64,000 nt of DNA from Podarcis gaigeae (lineage: Eukaryota), in assembly GCA_964106915.2 (NCBI GenBank), contig OZ066916.1; one strand, 5' to 3'. The first letter of the stretch is position 1, and each line of letters starts with the position of its first letter. Position numbers and translations under genes: made by a program. Shown one piece after another: positions 24,601-38,385 of the stretch. A model generated the notes under the pieces. That model made no database searches, was not told the DNA's origin, and saw only the letters and a list, made by a program, of their open reading frames with translations.

Positions 24601-24661
24601 ATCATAGAAATGTAGAGTTGGAAGGGACCGAGGGTCATCTAGTCCAACCCTCTGCAATGCA
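24601..24661 (-). mobile_element. CR1 extreme 3' end fragment
   Basis: ATCATAGAAATGTAGAGTTGGAAGGGACCGAGGGTCATCTAGTCCAACCCTCTGCAATGCA is the reverse complement of the CR1 tail at about 35115-35175. Confidence 0.88.
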
Positions 24662-24829
24662 TGAACTGACTTGACTCACGTCCAGAACTTATGAGGGAAC
24701 TGGAACTTTACTATTGCCTCTGGATTTTACACTTTTCAAAATGCTGTGGTGCAGTCTTCTGCAGTTTCAATGTAATAAAATAGATTTAGAAATGTGAATT
24801 CTTAGGGAAAGTAAGTTTAAAAATATATA

Positions 24830-25167
24830 AGGTAAAGGGACCCCCGAACATTAGGTCCAGTCGTGACCAACTCTGGGGTTGCGGCACTCATCTCGCTTTA
24901 TTGGCCAAGGGAGCCGGCGTACAACTTCCGGGTCATGTGGCCAGCATGACTAAGCCGCTTCTGGCGAACCAGAGCTGCACACGGAAATGCCATTTACCTT
25001 CCCGCCAGAGAATATTTATCTAATTGCACTTTGACGTGCTTTCAAATTGCTAGGTTGGCTGGGACCAAGCAACAGGAGCTCACCCCATCGTGGGGATTCG
25101 AACCGCCGACCTTCTTATCGGCAAGTCCTAGGCTCTGTGGTTTAACCCATAGCGCCACCCGCGTCCC
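24830..25167 (-). mobile_element. Full-length Sauria SINE (lacertid/POM-like)
   Basis: The minus strand starts GGGACGCGGGTGGCGCTATGGGTTAAACC (A box) ... GGTTCGAATCCCC (B box) and ends GGTCCCTTTACCT. Perfect 14-bp TSD TTTAAAAATATATA at 24816-24829 and 25168-25181. Confidence 0.95.
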
Positions 25168-28100
25168 TTTAAAAATATATAGTGAAATGTAAATTTCATG
25201 ATATTTTTTTTAAGTTGCATATTAGTGGAATTGGGATTGAACAGGTTTAGGATGAGCACCTGCAGAAGCAAGAGAGATGAAAAATAGACTGATTCATTAA
25301 TCCCTAATTGCAATACAGTATGGGGGGGGGGATTAAAATGGACTTTTGTTCTAACTATGATGATAGCTCTTGTTTTCAAGTCATGCTACATTTCCTTCAA
25401 TATCTTTAAAAAGCACTGATATTGGGCTTTGGTAATATGAAATTTAGCTGATTGATCAACTGCCTTTTTACTGCTTCATCAACTAAAATAGTTAATAGGT
25501 TAACAACCCTATTAAAAAAGCACTATCAACTCATATCTAAAAATGGGCAATTATGATAAGAATTATGATAAGAATTTCATGCTATCTTCCAAGGACAAAT
25601 CCATTTATATGCTGTGGCAACACTAAATGAGACTACTCTAGTCTAAGTGGACTGTGAATGGTTAGCCTAAATATGCCATATCATAGGATTCTAGTTGTAC
25701 TGTAATCATTCAGGATAACCTATGTTCTGATTAAGGTATCTTCCTTCATTTCCCATTGACTATAGAGGGTATTTTCTTAGTAAGGTACATGACAGCAGAC
25801 TTGTCACCTGATTTCCAATGTCAATTGTCGAAGACTAGTGGTCTGTAAAGCATGAAGGAGAATATGCCCACAAAGACAGATACATGATGAAGCAGTGCAG
25901 GATTTTCTGAACAAAGGATTGCTGCTGACCTCCATATCTCTATAAATTCTACTATATGCTTTTCAATGCAGGGAGAAGAAGGTGAATGCCAAGGCGTCAA
26001 ATGTAAAGGTATTCGTATTAATTCAGCTTCTATGTCAAAACCAGACTAGTTCTCTCTACCTGTTGATGACCCACAAAATCCATCTGCTTGTACTTATGGG
26101 TACTTTGTAACTTGTTAACTTCTTAAAAAAAAGAAAGACATGGGCGCTTTTCTCAAGTGTGAAAATTATTCAACACCTATTCTTCAGTTCTGTTGTTTCA
26201 AACCTGAAAGTACACTTGCATATGCTGGATTTAGCTGTGGAGGTTTCAATGGAAGGGATATGAAAAGAGACGATAAATTGTTGACTTTATGAAGCATCTA
26301 TTGTTATGTACCATTTCTTAATAAAAGGGCAGTTAACACCTGTAAAATAATTATATCTGCCAAATGTTGTTCCCCAGAAATATAAATACACAATTGTCCC
26401 TGCCATCTGTTAATTGTACTATTTGAATCGCATCATCATATACATATTTACTTGACTTTTACAAACTTTTAAATAGCTTTCCCAAATGTAGTGTTCTTCA
26501 GTGAGGTACTATGTGGCCCTATATGGTGGTAACCAACCATAGCCTTCCAGATTAAAGATCCAGTCAGCACTTACTAGTTTCTTGTTCTGGACACTTTGCA
26601 TAACAGCAATAAAGATAAATGGGGACCAACCATCTTGGGTAATGACATCATTTGTCAAAGTCATGAACAGCTGGCACATAAATATGATGAGAAACAAAGC
26701 AGATTGTCAGGATGGATACAGAATTCGAGTTTTCTAATTGAGAGAGTGTCTTAAGCAGCAGGAGGGGTAATGGTATTCAAACACACAGCTTATTGAATGT
26801 TTCTTATAGGAAACTACAGTTTAGGAATTCATGTTAGATGCTCCACATGCATCTTGTAGAAGAAAGAACACCTTTAAAATGGAGCCATTCTTTCAAATAT
26901 ATCTATTCAAAGAAACAAACATCAGATGTTACCACAGTAAATGGTGGCTAGGTAATTTTAGGTGGCTTCAACACACTGTAGACACAATGAGAGTAGTTTT
27001 TCAGTTGCATGGAGTGGGCACCTGAGTAACTATGGTGACATGCAGTAATGTGATTCACAGATACATCTCACTTTGCAGTGGAGAGGGAGAAAATAGTGAC
27101 CAGATGCACATGCAGTGCTGTAGCTCTGACTTTTTTTAGAGCTGAGGCAGCCAAAGTGCTTTGCTGCTAAAGAGACAATATAATCTAGATATTTTAACTG
27201 CATTTAATGACTTAGAAATTCAGCATATTTAAGCACACATTTTGCTGTGTAATGGTCATGTTTGACATTCCTTTGGCCGCTTCACCCACCGTCCTCCCCA
27301 GAGATACAACTTCCGCCCATGTATTTTTTGAAAGCTTTAAACCAGTCGAGTACATTAGTTTTGTATGGATCTGGAGGGGTGGGAGTGGGCAACCTGGAGG
27401 AAATGAAAACAGCATCTTGCTATTTATTTTAATATGCAATATGTGTGTCATCAGATAAATCCACGCTATGGCAACAATTGTCTTGCTAATCCTAAATATA
27501 GAAGGCCAGTAGGAGAGCCCAGCAAGAAGTGTTAACAATGCCAAGCTGCATTAGTTTCTCCAACTGTGAGGAATTTTTCAATATCAACAGTATTGAAATT
27601 AAATTGCAACTTAGGTCAAAAGCTTCAAGATAGCTTAGTGACAGAATATTATATCCTTAATTAATTCTATCTAAATTTGATCAAGGGTTTTGTGTGTGCA
27701 TGTTATTTAAGAACCCGTCTTTTCATTACTGGGCTTTAGGTTCCTATTTTGATCAAAAGTTACAGATATTTAATTTCCTGAGTTTAATTAATCTGTTTTT
27801 TCCCCTTCTGTTTTGTGAGGAAAAGGTCTGTTAAATACATACAAGTTCCAACGCAGGTCAGAACACCTTCCAGTCAGGTCACAGGACTCTCAAGAGTAGC
27901 TTGAGGACAGCGTAGTCCACTTGCATAGGGCTCTGCAGCACGTGCATATCAGCACACAAATGCATTATTGCCAATGCAACACATGTGGGCACAGCAACAC
28001 CATTGATGACTTCTGCTGCAAAACCTCTGAGCTCAGTTGAATTCAAATGCTCCCTGCCTCCTTGATCATGGTGGTTACCTTCCTCCTCAACAAGTATATC

Positions 28101-29133
28101 AAGCCGAAGAAGGAAGTTGCAAGAGTAGTGCTCTGTCCCAGTTCCTCTTTCAGCTCTATGACTGGAATTCAATGCTGTCCTAAAGTGATTGTTCCAACAG
28201 CCCACGTATTTCTGCTGGCCAGAATGAACTAGTGGGAGTTGTTGCACTGACCTGTTAGCCCAACAACTACCCAATGTGCTTTCAAAGGTTAATTCTATGG
28301 AATCTGTTTTTGTATGCATATAGTTTGGAAAAGTAAAGACTGTGAGTGTGTGCTCTCTCTTTCTGCATCTTTTGGGCTGCTGGGGGGTTGGGGGGGAGAC
28401 AGTTGACAAGACAAGGGGATGCTCCTAGCACAGTGCATTATTTCACTGGTCCATTGGCTAAATTAAAATGAGCAAAGTGGCCTTCTGAAGTGCCCACCTT
28501 CATTTTGAAACAGTAGCCTGAAGTCACTGGAGAATTAATGTGCAGAAATCCAGTATACTTTCTTTGTTTAGAAGTCGGAAGCAAGTGCTATGTGTCACGC
28601 ACATATTATTCGGTATGACAATCAGTCCTTCCCTACAATTTTTCCATCGGCCACAGGGGGAAATCCCTTCTAGCTGAATGCAGACACCCAAATCTGCTAC
28701 TGTGGATTAAAGATTCTCTAATCATCAAATCTTTTTATAGTTAAGAGTGGCAGAAAATGCTGGCACCCATTCAGACCATGAAAGATAAGCCACTGTGTCC
28801 AATTATGGTCACAATCCAAACTCTGTGCCAGGCACAAAAGCATAACACACCCTTGCTTTCCTTGCTGACTTAACATGAAATACTAGGATAAAGAAAAGAA
28901 CCAACTGTAGAGTACTGCAAATGTCCCAGATAGTCTCTTATCCTGGAGAGAAACATATAAAACTGCCTTGTTTATCTATTTAGCTTAGTACTGCCTACAC
29001 TGACCAACAGATTTCAGGCAAACAGAAATTTAAAGGCACACAGTAAATTAGAGGGACACAAAGCACTAGTCGTCCATTTTAACCTGTCCTGCCTCCTCAG
29101 ACTTAAGAGTGTACAACCCAAGATCCTTTAATT

Positions 29134-29272
29134 CAGAGGCACCTAACCTGTGGTACTCCAGCTGTTGCTCAACTGCAGCTCCCATCAGCCCTAGCCAGCA
29201 CAAGCAAAGGCCAGGAGTGATTGGAAGCTGTAGTTCAGAAACTTCGAGAGGACCATGGTTAAGCTATCCCAG
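29134..29272. mobile_element. hAT palindromic MITE (family of 6501-6638)
   Basis: Internal inverted arms ACTGCAGCTCCCATCA / TGATTGGAAGCTGTAGT; flanks CTTTAATT / GTTTAATC (6/8). Confidence 0.65.
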
Positions 29273-31833
29273 GTTTAATCTGAAATACTAGGACCAGGAC
29301 TCTTACACACGAAAAGAGATCACTCAGTCAATTGGTTATAGCCTCTTAGCTATTATTCTTTTTGAATCTATGCCTCAAACACAGTCTTTGCCCAGCCTAG
29401 AGTTGCAGCTTACAATATCTGGAGGGCAACAGGTTGTTGAAGGTACTCAAAATGAACGCAGATTTTTAAAAAAGCCCTGACCTCTGCCCTTCTTTTCTCC
29501 TTAGGAAATGTGGCAGGGGGGTAGTGAAGCAGAAAGCTTTGGACACCTCCAAGGACAATAGGACACCAGGGGACAATATTTCTATTCCAGAGAAAGGAAA
29601 ACAAAGATATAATAAGCTGCATGGAATAATTTTTACTCCCAGTCCCAAAAATTAAAGTACAATTAACCATTTAAACAAAAAAAAATCTCCTTACCTCAAA
29701 TTTAATAATGCCAAATTAGAGCCCACTAATGCTGTGATAATGTCTTATAATGGAATTCTGCGGCTCCAAGCTGTGTCATTAGCTGTTCCCTTTCACTCCA
29801 GTCTTTCCCCTGAAGTAAAATATTATCCTGCCTAATAGTTTGTGTATAAAATATTTAAATAAATCAGGCCCATTTTTGCATATGCATTCTTTCCTTAAAG
29901 GTCACACCAGCTTTTCAGCCAAATAATTACAAAGCACTACACGCAGTTAAATTTTGGTTCAGTAATTTAAGGGAAAGCACTCAAGAGCTTACCCAAGAAG
30001 CTATATATTAAAGGGCAAGGCTAAAAGCATTTGTCAAACTTAAACAAATTAGTCCTATGTTACTGCTCATCCTGCTAAGTTCTGCTACTTTCAATTTTGT
30101 CCCAAATGTTATGTCCCTAAACAGCTGTTGTGTGTGGCATGCTGGGGGAAAATATTCTGCATCTCATAATCATTGTAGTTCTAGGGCAAGTTTGTCACAG
30201 CTGCTATTTAGATTCATAAGTGCATGCGTGTACAACTGACTTTGTGTTTCAGACTACAGAATCATCAAGCTTTATATATATATCTTTGGCCTGAACATCA
30301 ATTGTAAATATGATTTGCATGCAACACTGAATCATAGTTTAGTGTTATGAGCATTTGCTACACAGCAAGCCTTGGGCTTGCACATCACTGTTATGAAATG
30401 CTCTTGCCTTGAGAGGTTTATCTATGCTGACTCTGCTCTCTTCTCTTTTGGGTGCCAAGTGAAGGCATTTTCCCTCTAGGTCTTTCATTACTTTTAATAT
30501 TTTTGGGGTATCACTATTAGTATTATTCTGGAAACCAAATGTACTTTTGCTTCATTGTGCTGTGGCTGCTTCCCAATAACTCAGTCTGTTTTGCTTTAGA
30601 ACTACTTGAAACCCTTAAGTGTTTAAGATAATATAAAAATTATGTAAGAAAAACAAAGGAAACTGCTATATGTTCCTATGGGGGTTCTTTAACAAGGGGA
30701 GGAAGTTTGCAATTAAAGGGCACCAGGATCAAAATGCAGCTCAGCCTGCTATTATTGCTAGTCTACCTTCTCTCTTGCAAAGACAGCAGATATGTTTTAT
30801 TGGATAATATTAATGTCAAGGGCCAAAGGCAGAATGACAAGACCAATTAGATGCTTGCTCTGTTTGAAAAATGGAAGGCATTACTGGCACTGTCCACTCC
30901 AAAACTTTTGTGATATATTCCTACCACTGTTTCTCAAACCTTCTCATAAAAAAATGTAGTAGAAAAGAAATAAGTGGAAGTAACTGGCAATCAGAACAGT
31001 ATCGGAAACTCTTCAGCCATTGAAAACAACAATCTATACACTTGCGTTTCATTCATGAGTGATGATACCAATAGGAGAGGAATTTGGAGCAAAAACACAA
31101 AAAGCGCAACACAAATTCATTCATTTCCAGTTTTGAAATTCAAATTGAGCAGCCTGCAGAGAAGCTGATAAGCTCTCTAGCAGAGTATAAAGTCTACATA
31201 GGCCTTAAGATCTAGCACAAGTGTATTATGTATAATGAAGTAAAATGAATAAACAGCATCCAGGTTGAACAAATCCAGCACTACTTCCACCCAAGCAAGC
31301 GAAACAAAGGCAAAACTATAGAGTTATGAATACAAATCTCTCAAAAACTGCATAAATATTGCATTCCCCCCTAAGAACCAGATACATCATTATTTAAAAA
31401 CACAACATAAAGCAGACCAGCTGGCAATGGCTTTTCTGGAACAGAGTGTTTCAGGTAGAAGAAAAACTGTTCTCCGCCCTGCCCACTCTGCCTCTACTTA
31501 CCAGTGAAAAAACAGTCCTGCAACTACTGTTAACATAAGAATAGTCCAGCTGGATGAACCCAAAGGCCTATATAGTCCAACATGCTGTTCTCCAGTGGCT
31601 AACCAGATGCCCATGGGAAACCCACAATAACAGCACTCTCCCCACTTGTGATTCACTGCAGTCTACTGTTTGTGCCCAAGATGCCCACCCAATTTTGCTG
31701 TGAGTATGTGCTTATGATGGAGAAGACAGCACATGGCAATAGTCAAGCCTAAGTCCCCTGCTCTTGATGTAAATCTTACTCAACCTAGCCCATTAAATAG
31801 CTGCTGGGTGTGAGAGGGCAGGAAGGGAGTGGA

Positions 31834-31860
31834 GGGAAGGGAAGGGAAGGGAAGGGAAGG
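31834..31860. repeat. (GGGAA)5 microsatellite in a purine-rich tract
   Basis: Read directly from the sequence. Confidence 0.9.
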
Positions 31861-33794
31861 AGAGGATGAATGGACCACCGCTGATAGAATTGGGCTTAAT
31901 CAGCTTTAACTCATCTATCTGTGAACCTCAATGTGGTTCTGTAATGATAAAATGTTATCGGGGGAAATTATGAGAGGTGGGAAGAAGAGAGAGAAACTTT
32001 TCTTGATTCATCAGGCGGGGGATAGAAATAGAATTCCACAAAGTTGTCTTTGCTGTCCTTCAGTCAGTGACTACCTTTCAAGCACCGTAATGTCAAAAGC
32101 CTGAATTGATTTTAGCAGCGAATTTATCTTTAAGACTGTCACCAAGATAAATAATATCGTCCTTTATAAACAGAAATAGAGGATTTATTCAGAGGAATTT
32201 CTTGCATCTGTATGTGCTGCATTTTGAAGTTTTAAAAAATATATTTAAAATGTATGCCCTGGAATTCTGAGAGGAGGCCTGCCCACAAGAAAGTGGAAAG
32301 CGGAAAAACAAACAGCAATTGTCATTCTCTTAAACTTTTCAGGTGAACGTGTGACAAATAACCTGTTAATTTTATAAAACTTATCCATATCCTAAATATT
32401 TAGCAGGTGCATGAGATCTTAATTAAAAAGAAAAGGGACCCTGCCAACCTTTGCCTGTCTCTTGTTCCCTTTATTTCTCTCCATGACTCCCCACTTTCTC
32501 CCCTGGCTGGGAAAGGTTCCGCCTTGTTAGCTGTCTCCAACCTGAGGTGATGGCAGAGGTGGCAATGGCAACAGGCAAGGGGGCATGTAAAGAAGATCCA
32601 AACTGCTGGGCTCTTCTGACGGTCTGTTCCACTGCAAAGGCACACTTGAAGTGCGGCTGAAGAATGCTCTGCAAACCTTCGTTTCTTCCCCAAGCCACTG
32701 CCCCTCAGCACCCCCGGTCTGCATTCTTCCCAAATCCTTTTGCCTGCCTAGACTTTGCCCTTGCACTGCAATAAATTGCTTGACTGCGAAGCTGTAGATG
32801 TGTGCTTGTGGTAAACGTCTGACAGCATAGTTGGAATACTGCTTATTGTACTAAGGTAAGAGTCAGATTTATTACCTCACCCACAAGGGAATGCAGTCCA
32901 GAAGGTTCATGCCTTCTGTTCTTCCATAAGACTCTTAAGAAATGTATGTCTTAATTAAAGTCAATAGTCAAGCATTACATGCAGTAATAGCCTTATCTTA
33001 AGAGCCACTTCTAAATGGAATTTCAAAGGGATGTTCCTTAAGATGCATGTCACTCTGGAAGAGTTACATGCTTAGTTATTTCACAGCGAAGATGTAGTCC
33101 CAAGCAACCGCTGAGCCGCTTCCAAGCAGCCCTTTCATCTGGAACAAACATTCAGGGATCTGCCTGCACAATATCCAGCACCAATCCTACAGAGGCAGGA
33201 AATGAGAATGTTGCAAGATATTTACAAAAATGAAAACCAGTACACTTATAAATATTGTTCTGCAACGAAGTGCACAAATCACAATAACGTCTTACATGAA
33301 TTCTTAACTTCAGCCTGAATCTTGTCTGCTCTACAAGCTCCTTAGAGGTTTTGATGATTAAGCAGTATATAAATCCTGCTTAATAAAATCATCATCACCA
33401 TCTACGTTTGCATGCCGCCTTTCCACAGTTAAAAACAATGCTCAAAGCAGCTTACAACATGACGAGTTTTACACAATTACAAAAGTCAAACAATAAATAA
33501 ACCACATCAAAAACATACACAACCAGATGGAAAACAATTTCCACATAAATCTAAAACTAAGAATACTGTACAGCATTAATATCACAGTTGAAAATGACAT
33601 AGGTAAAAAATAACAGCAATTAAAAAACACACACAACAAAAACGGAGCCCTTTCTTCTTAGCAACAGCAGCGGCAGCAGCAGTCATTTATGGAGCCTGTC
33701 AGGTCTCATCCTAGGCCAGGTGGTGAGTGGCAGGACTGGGACCCTCAGGTGTTGAGCAGGGGAGTCCAAATAAATGCTCATTCATCCCTCATGC

Positions 33795-33911
33795 CAGGGG
33801 CAGCCAACTCGGGACCATCCAGATGTTTCTGGACTAGAACTCCCATCATCTATGCTGTCTGGAGATGACAGGAAGTCCAACCACTATAGGGTACCACATT
33901 GACTACCCTTG
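33795..33911. mobile_element. hAT palindromic MITE (family of 6501-6638)
   Basis: CAGGGGCAGCCAAC...TTGACTACCCTTG termini; GGACTAGAACTCCCATCATC core. Confidence 0.65.
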
Positions 33912-34690
33912 TCAAGATAGCCCCTCCAGACTTCCACTGGCTCTAGCACCCTGCAGAGGCAACTTCTCTTGTAGACTAGACACTACCTGCTTCCCCTGGG
34001 AGCCTTAGGCTTCCACAGAACTGGAAAGGTTTGGTACAGAATGAGGCAAGTGGCCTGTACTGCATGCAACCATTTAATTAAATAACCTGGAGAGTACATT
34101 TGTTGTTGTTTCCTGTGAGTAGAGCCATCCTACAGATCTTTATTATTAGGTTTCTTTAGAGATCCACAGGCACTTTCTGTAGGTATTATATGGTTCTGTT
34201 TGATGTTATCAAAGAAACTTGTTTAAGCACATTGTTGAGGAACAAGAATTGGGACAAGCGCAGTGAGGCCTTTGATTCAAGTCACCTGTTTGGCATTCCA
34301 TTTGTTTATAATGCTTTATCTCCCTTGAGGCAGTAATGTGATGTCTACATTGGAAATTGAGATAGTGGAATGAAACTTGGTATGCAGTCTTGGGGCAGTG
34401 TTCAGATGTAAAATGTAGACCCCCAGCTCTCTCTTTCTACTTGTCTCAGTGGACAAGAAGAATATGTTGGAGACATTACAGAAATAAGATTACATGCTGT
34501 ATCAGCCATACTTTACAAGCTTTTTGGTTTTCTTCAACTAAAGGGTTAAAAGAGAAAACTTGCAATGTCAGGTCTCCTGTATTGTTTGCAAAAACTCTTA
34601 TTCGACCCATGTTTAGGGGAAACAGTTACAAATGCATGTTCAAAATATACAAATACTTTATTTTGTGTATATCTGTTTTAGTCTGAAGTG

Positions 34691-35184
34691 CCCCACTTGG
34701 AGTACTGTGTCCAGTTATGGGCACCACAATTTTAAGAAGGATGTTGACAAGCTGGAATGTGTACCAAGGACGGCAAACAAGATGATCAAGGGTCTGGAAA
34801 TCAAGCCTTATGAGGAACAGTTGAGGGAGTTGGGCAGGTTAGCCTGGATAAGAGGAGACTGAGAGGAGATACGATAGCCATCTTCAGATATCTGTCACAT
34901 GGAAGGGAAAACAAGCCTGTTTTTTCCTCCTCCAGAGGGTGGGACCTGAACCAATGGATTCATATTACAAGAAGGGAGATTCCGGCAAAAATCAGGAAAA
35001 ACTTTCTGACAGTAAGAGCTCTTTGAGAGTGGAATGTGGTGGAATCTCCTTCACTGGAGGTTTTTAAGCAGAGGTTAGATGGCCATCTGTCCTGGGTGCT
35101 TTAGTTGAGGTTCCTGCATTGCAGAGGGTTGGACAAGACCCTCGGGGTCTCTTCTAACTCTACAATTCTATGATTATATGATTC
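34691..35184 (+). mobile_element. CR1 LINE, 5'-truncated (ORF2 C-terminus plus 3' tail)
   Basis: Frameshifted CR1 ORF2 motifs PHLEYCVQLWAP and FKKDVDKLECV...KMIKGLEIKPYEEQLRELG; tail TTCTAACTCTACAATTCTATGATTATATGATTC. Confidence 0.93.
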
Positions 35185-37158
35185 CAAAACTACTTTAATC
35201 CTACTGGTGGCATCAATAAGATTAAGCCAACTTAAATGAAAGAGACATTTTTTAAATTTAAAATTAACAAAGCAATATATGTCATTTCCATTATTTCAAA
35301 AAGCATTCAGAGCCCACCGTTTTTAAACATTAATTACTATGGTACCCAAAATAGTTTCACAACTTACAACAAAGATAACACGGTGCCATGAAATGCCAAA
35401 ACAACTCATTCTGCCTCCTTTCTGTGCAGTGAGAACTGAAGTCTGTCAAAATTCAAGTGCTCGTATATTCAAGCTGGAAGACACTGTGCTTACTCAAGCA
35501 TTTCTCCTGCCTTTGATCATGGCTTAAATATTAGCCAGGTTGATCTTTTGCCCTTCCTTCCAAAAAGAATTGTGGATAAATAAAGCTAGCAGCTTTTATC
35601 CAGGAAATAACATTTGTTTCAGCCATCCAACCTGGCAGCAACAGCCCTGGAGTCCTGCACTCAACTCCAGAGTAGATGGCAACTCCAGGAGTACCTGGCA
35701 GAGTCTCAAAGAAGCTTGGCACTGGTTGCATGATGATGAGCAGGAGGCTGCAAATTCCCTTATTCTCCCGCCTTCTCCAGCCAATTGGCAGGGGTGGGGG
35801 AGATTGACTCAGCTAGGCACAATACATAGGGCTGTTCCATTATACTAAGCCACAAGTCCAACTCTTTTCACAGACCAGGAAGCTCACCACAAGTGGTTGG
35901 TTTCTTGGAACTCACACTAAGAGATATCGTCCTTTTCCCTACACTGTGTACTCTGCTACATTTAATCCTCACATCAGCCGCAGAGAAACCTTCACACCCC
36001 AGATGCAATGTAACTATCTAATGTCATATCAGATGTAATGTTCCTAGATCAGCTGGCTATGGTGTGTGGTAATCACGTCCACACAGCCAACCTGCAAAGG
36101 CACAGCAGTTACTTAGTAAGAAATACTAAGCACGTGGTCTTGCAAAATACATTGGAAGCGAATTACAGCTGCAGTATTAAGCAGTTTTTCTGATGCTATT
36201 TGCAGCAGTAACTGAACTTCATAATGCTTAAATCTAAACTAAGATAAGAAACTATATATGAGGGGTATACTACACAATTACATAATGTGCATATTCAGAA
36301 ATTATTGCTTTCAGCTGTGAAAACTGTCAATTGTTGAGGATAATTAAAGATATAGATTTTGAACTCCTGCCGTTGATAATTTGTACTTCTTTTCAACCTG
36401 TTCCCTTATTTCCATCATGAGATGGTTGGAAACAATTTATTCCAATTTCTGCTGGAGTTAAATTTTTCTAGTAATCTTCATTGTGTGGGTAAAAATTGGC
36501 AAAGTGTTGAAAACTAGTTTTTGTCATCACAATCATACTTTCCTGACTTTGGAGAGAATTGAGCAGAAATGCAAATGAAATATATGAAACATTTTCAAGT
36601 GTCAGTAAAAATCATGACAATATCTGGCAGGAATGGCAGTTTGTTTATAAAAAGCATTTTGATTAAATATGGAGTTGCCAGTTTTATTTTAGGAATTTTT
36701 AAATAAAAATGGCTTTTTAAAAATTACCCAAAATTGCAAAGAGAAAAAGGAAACTAATCACTTGTACCATGATCCAAAGCATCTGCATCAAGGTATTTGC
36801 TTACCATAGCAATATAGCATCACAGTTTGAGTCACTGCAATGGCTTAGCAGATGACACAGTGAAACTCCATTCTAAGCAGTTGTGTGTTGCCACAGCTAG
36901 CTTGAGATTACAGCTATTAACCAGATCCCCGTGCTGTGTACTGTGTACTGAGATCAAAGCCTCTTATTCCTCAGTGTAGCTGGCAAGTGGAGCGATTGAG
37001 AGAATGGACACCATCCATTCAAAATGTAGCACTTTCAAAACCCATTGGCTTTAATTGCATGCATTTCTTGACACACTTAAGATAAAGCCCTGTTAAGTAC
37101 AATCAATCTGTTACACACCTTGTTACACACACAACACTGCACTTGATGGGTCCACTGG

Positions 37159-37281
37159 CATGGGTGTGGCCAGGGGGGACAGGGAGGGGCAGCTGCCCCC
37201 CTAAATCAATATAAATAAATAAAAATACATAGCAAACTGAGATTCTGCTCCCCAAAAACAAAAATCCTGGCTATGCCCATG
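37159..37281. mobile_element. hAT MITE, 123 bp
   Basis: TIRs CATGGGTGTGGCCAGG vs CATGGGCATAGCCAGG (13/16); perfect 8-bp TSD TCCACTGG (37151-37158, 37282-37289). Confidence 0.88.
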
Positions 37282-37700
37282 TCCACTGGCATGCTTTTAA
37301 TTTACTAAGCAAGACTCCCTTAACAGGATCTCTCCACAAAGGTCAGTCATGCCTTAACTGTTAAGTGATATGAGTATGCATTTCTGATTAAGAATGTAAG
37401 TAGCAGGATTATATTTAATTCCATTTACAAATCACTTACTGTAAACTATTTCAAAGCAATTAGATAAAAATCCACTTAGGCCAGCATTCCTTACAACCAG
37501 AAAAAGCAGGCAGTCTACCATAAATCAACTATTGCCTCTTCTCACCCCTGTTGTAGAGCATTTAACCCCACGAGGTATTTTCCCAAAGCAGCTTTCTGAT
37601 TTTGGCTATCTATGTCATATAACACTAGGAGCTAAGATCAAAACAGATAAGCTCACCATTTTGGGGGTCCTCCTAAAAAAAAGCTCAATATGGCTAATAA

Positions 37701-37974
37701 AGTTAAAGGGACCACTGACCATTAGTCCAGTCGCTGATGACTCTGGGGTTGCATGCTCATCTCATTCTATAGGCCGTGGGAGCCAGTGTTTGTCCACAGA
37801 CAGCTTCTAGGTTATGTGGCCAGCATGACTAAGCTGCTTCTGGCGCAACGGAACACTGAAACCAGAGCAGCGTACGGAAACACCATTTACCTTCCCGCCA
37901 GAGCGGTACCTATTTATCTACTTGCACTGTGTGCTTTCAAACTGCTAGGTGGACAGGAGTGCTAGGTGGACAGG
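37701..37974 (-). mobile_element. 5'-truncated Sauria SINE
   Basis: Colinear with 24830-25060 (TAAAGGGACC, ATGTGGCCAGCATGACTAAGC, CATTTACCTTCCCGCCAGAG); lacks the tRNA-like head. Confidence 0.92.
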
Positions 37975-38385
37975 CCAACCTAGGATAGATTAACTCTGAT
38001 TCAGTGTGTGGTCCTCGTGCTCACAGTATGTCTGCCATTGTGCTCACCACCAGTATGTATGCCCAAGGTCCTCTGCAATGAAGATTCCCTCATCTTAGCG
38101 AAGTATCACAGACACATATCTGTTGATTGTGCAGATCTGCTGCTACTACTGAAGTAACCTTAGGAAGTTTTACTGCATGTCTAGGTGTTTTCTCAAAGTG
38201 CATTTTGGCATGCTGGACTGGAGAAATGTGTAGTAAAAGTGGATTCAAGTAGGCAAAGCACTGAAGAACCAAATGTGAATGATAAATCTAATTTCTATCT
38301 ATGTCTTGTCACTAATGTGGCTTAGTCTATAAGTGAAAATATCTGGATCTAATAGGGTAGAGCTACTAATATGGTAGGGCTGAGG

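Larger units (their letters stand above)
24562..25306. mobile_element. Old AT-rich non-autonomous DNA element (TAGGGAT...ATCCCTA ends) hosting two later insertions
   Basis: Inverted termini at 24562 and 25300-25306. The interior resembles the decayed AT-rich repeats at about 22150-22410 and 56810-57080. The TSD is weak. Confidence 0.45.

Noticed and set aside
25549-25576. Short tandem duplication AATTATGATAAG x2 (similar ones near 9391-9420 and 37109-37132)
   Set aside because: Ordinary slippage duplications with no further structure.
27879-28409. 176-aa minus-strand ORF, and similar ORFs such as 40764..41222
   Set aside because: No recognisable domain, non-ATG starts, and no convincing splice structure. 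The lengths are compatible with chance, and 40764..41222 overlaps a MITE.
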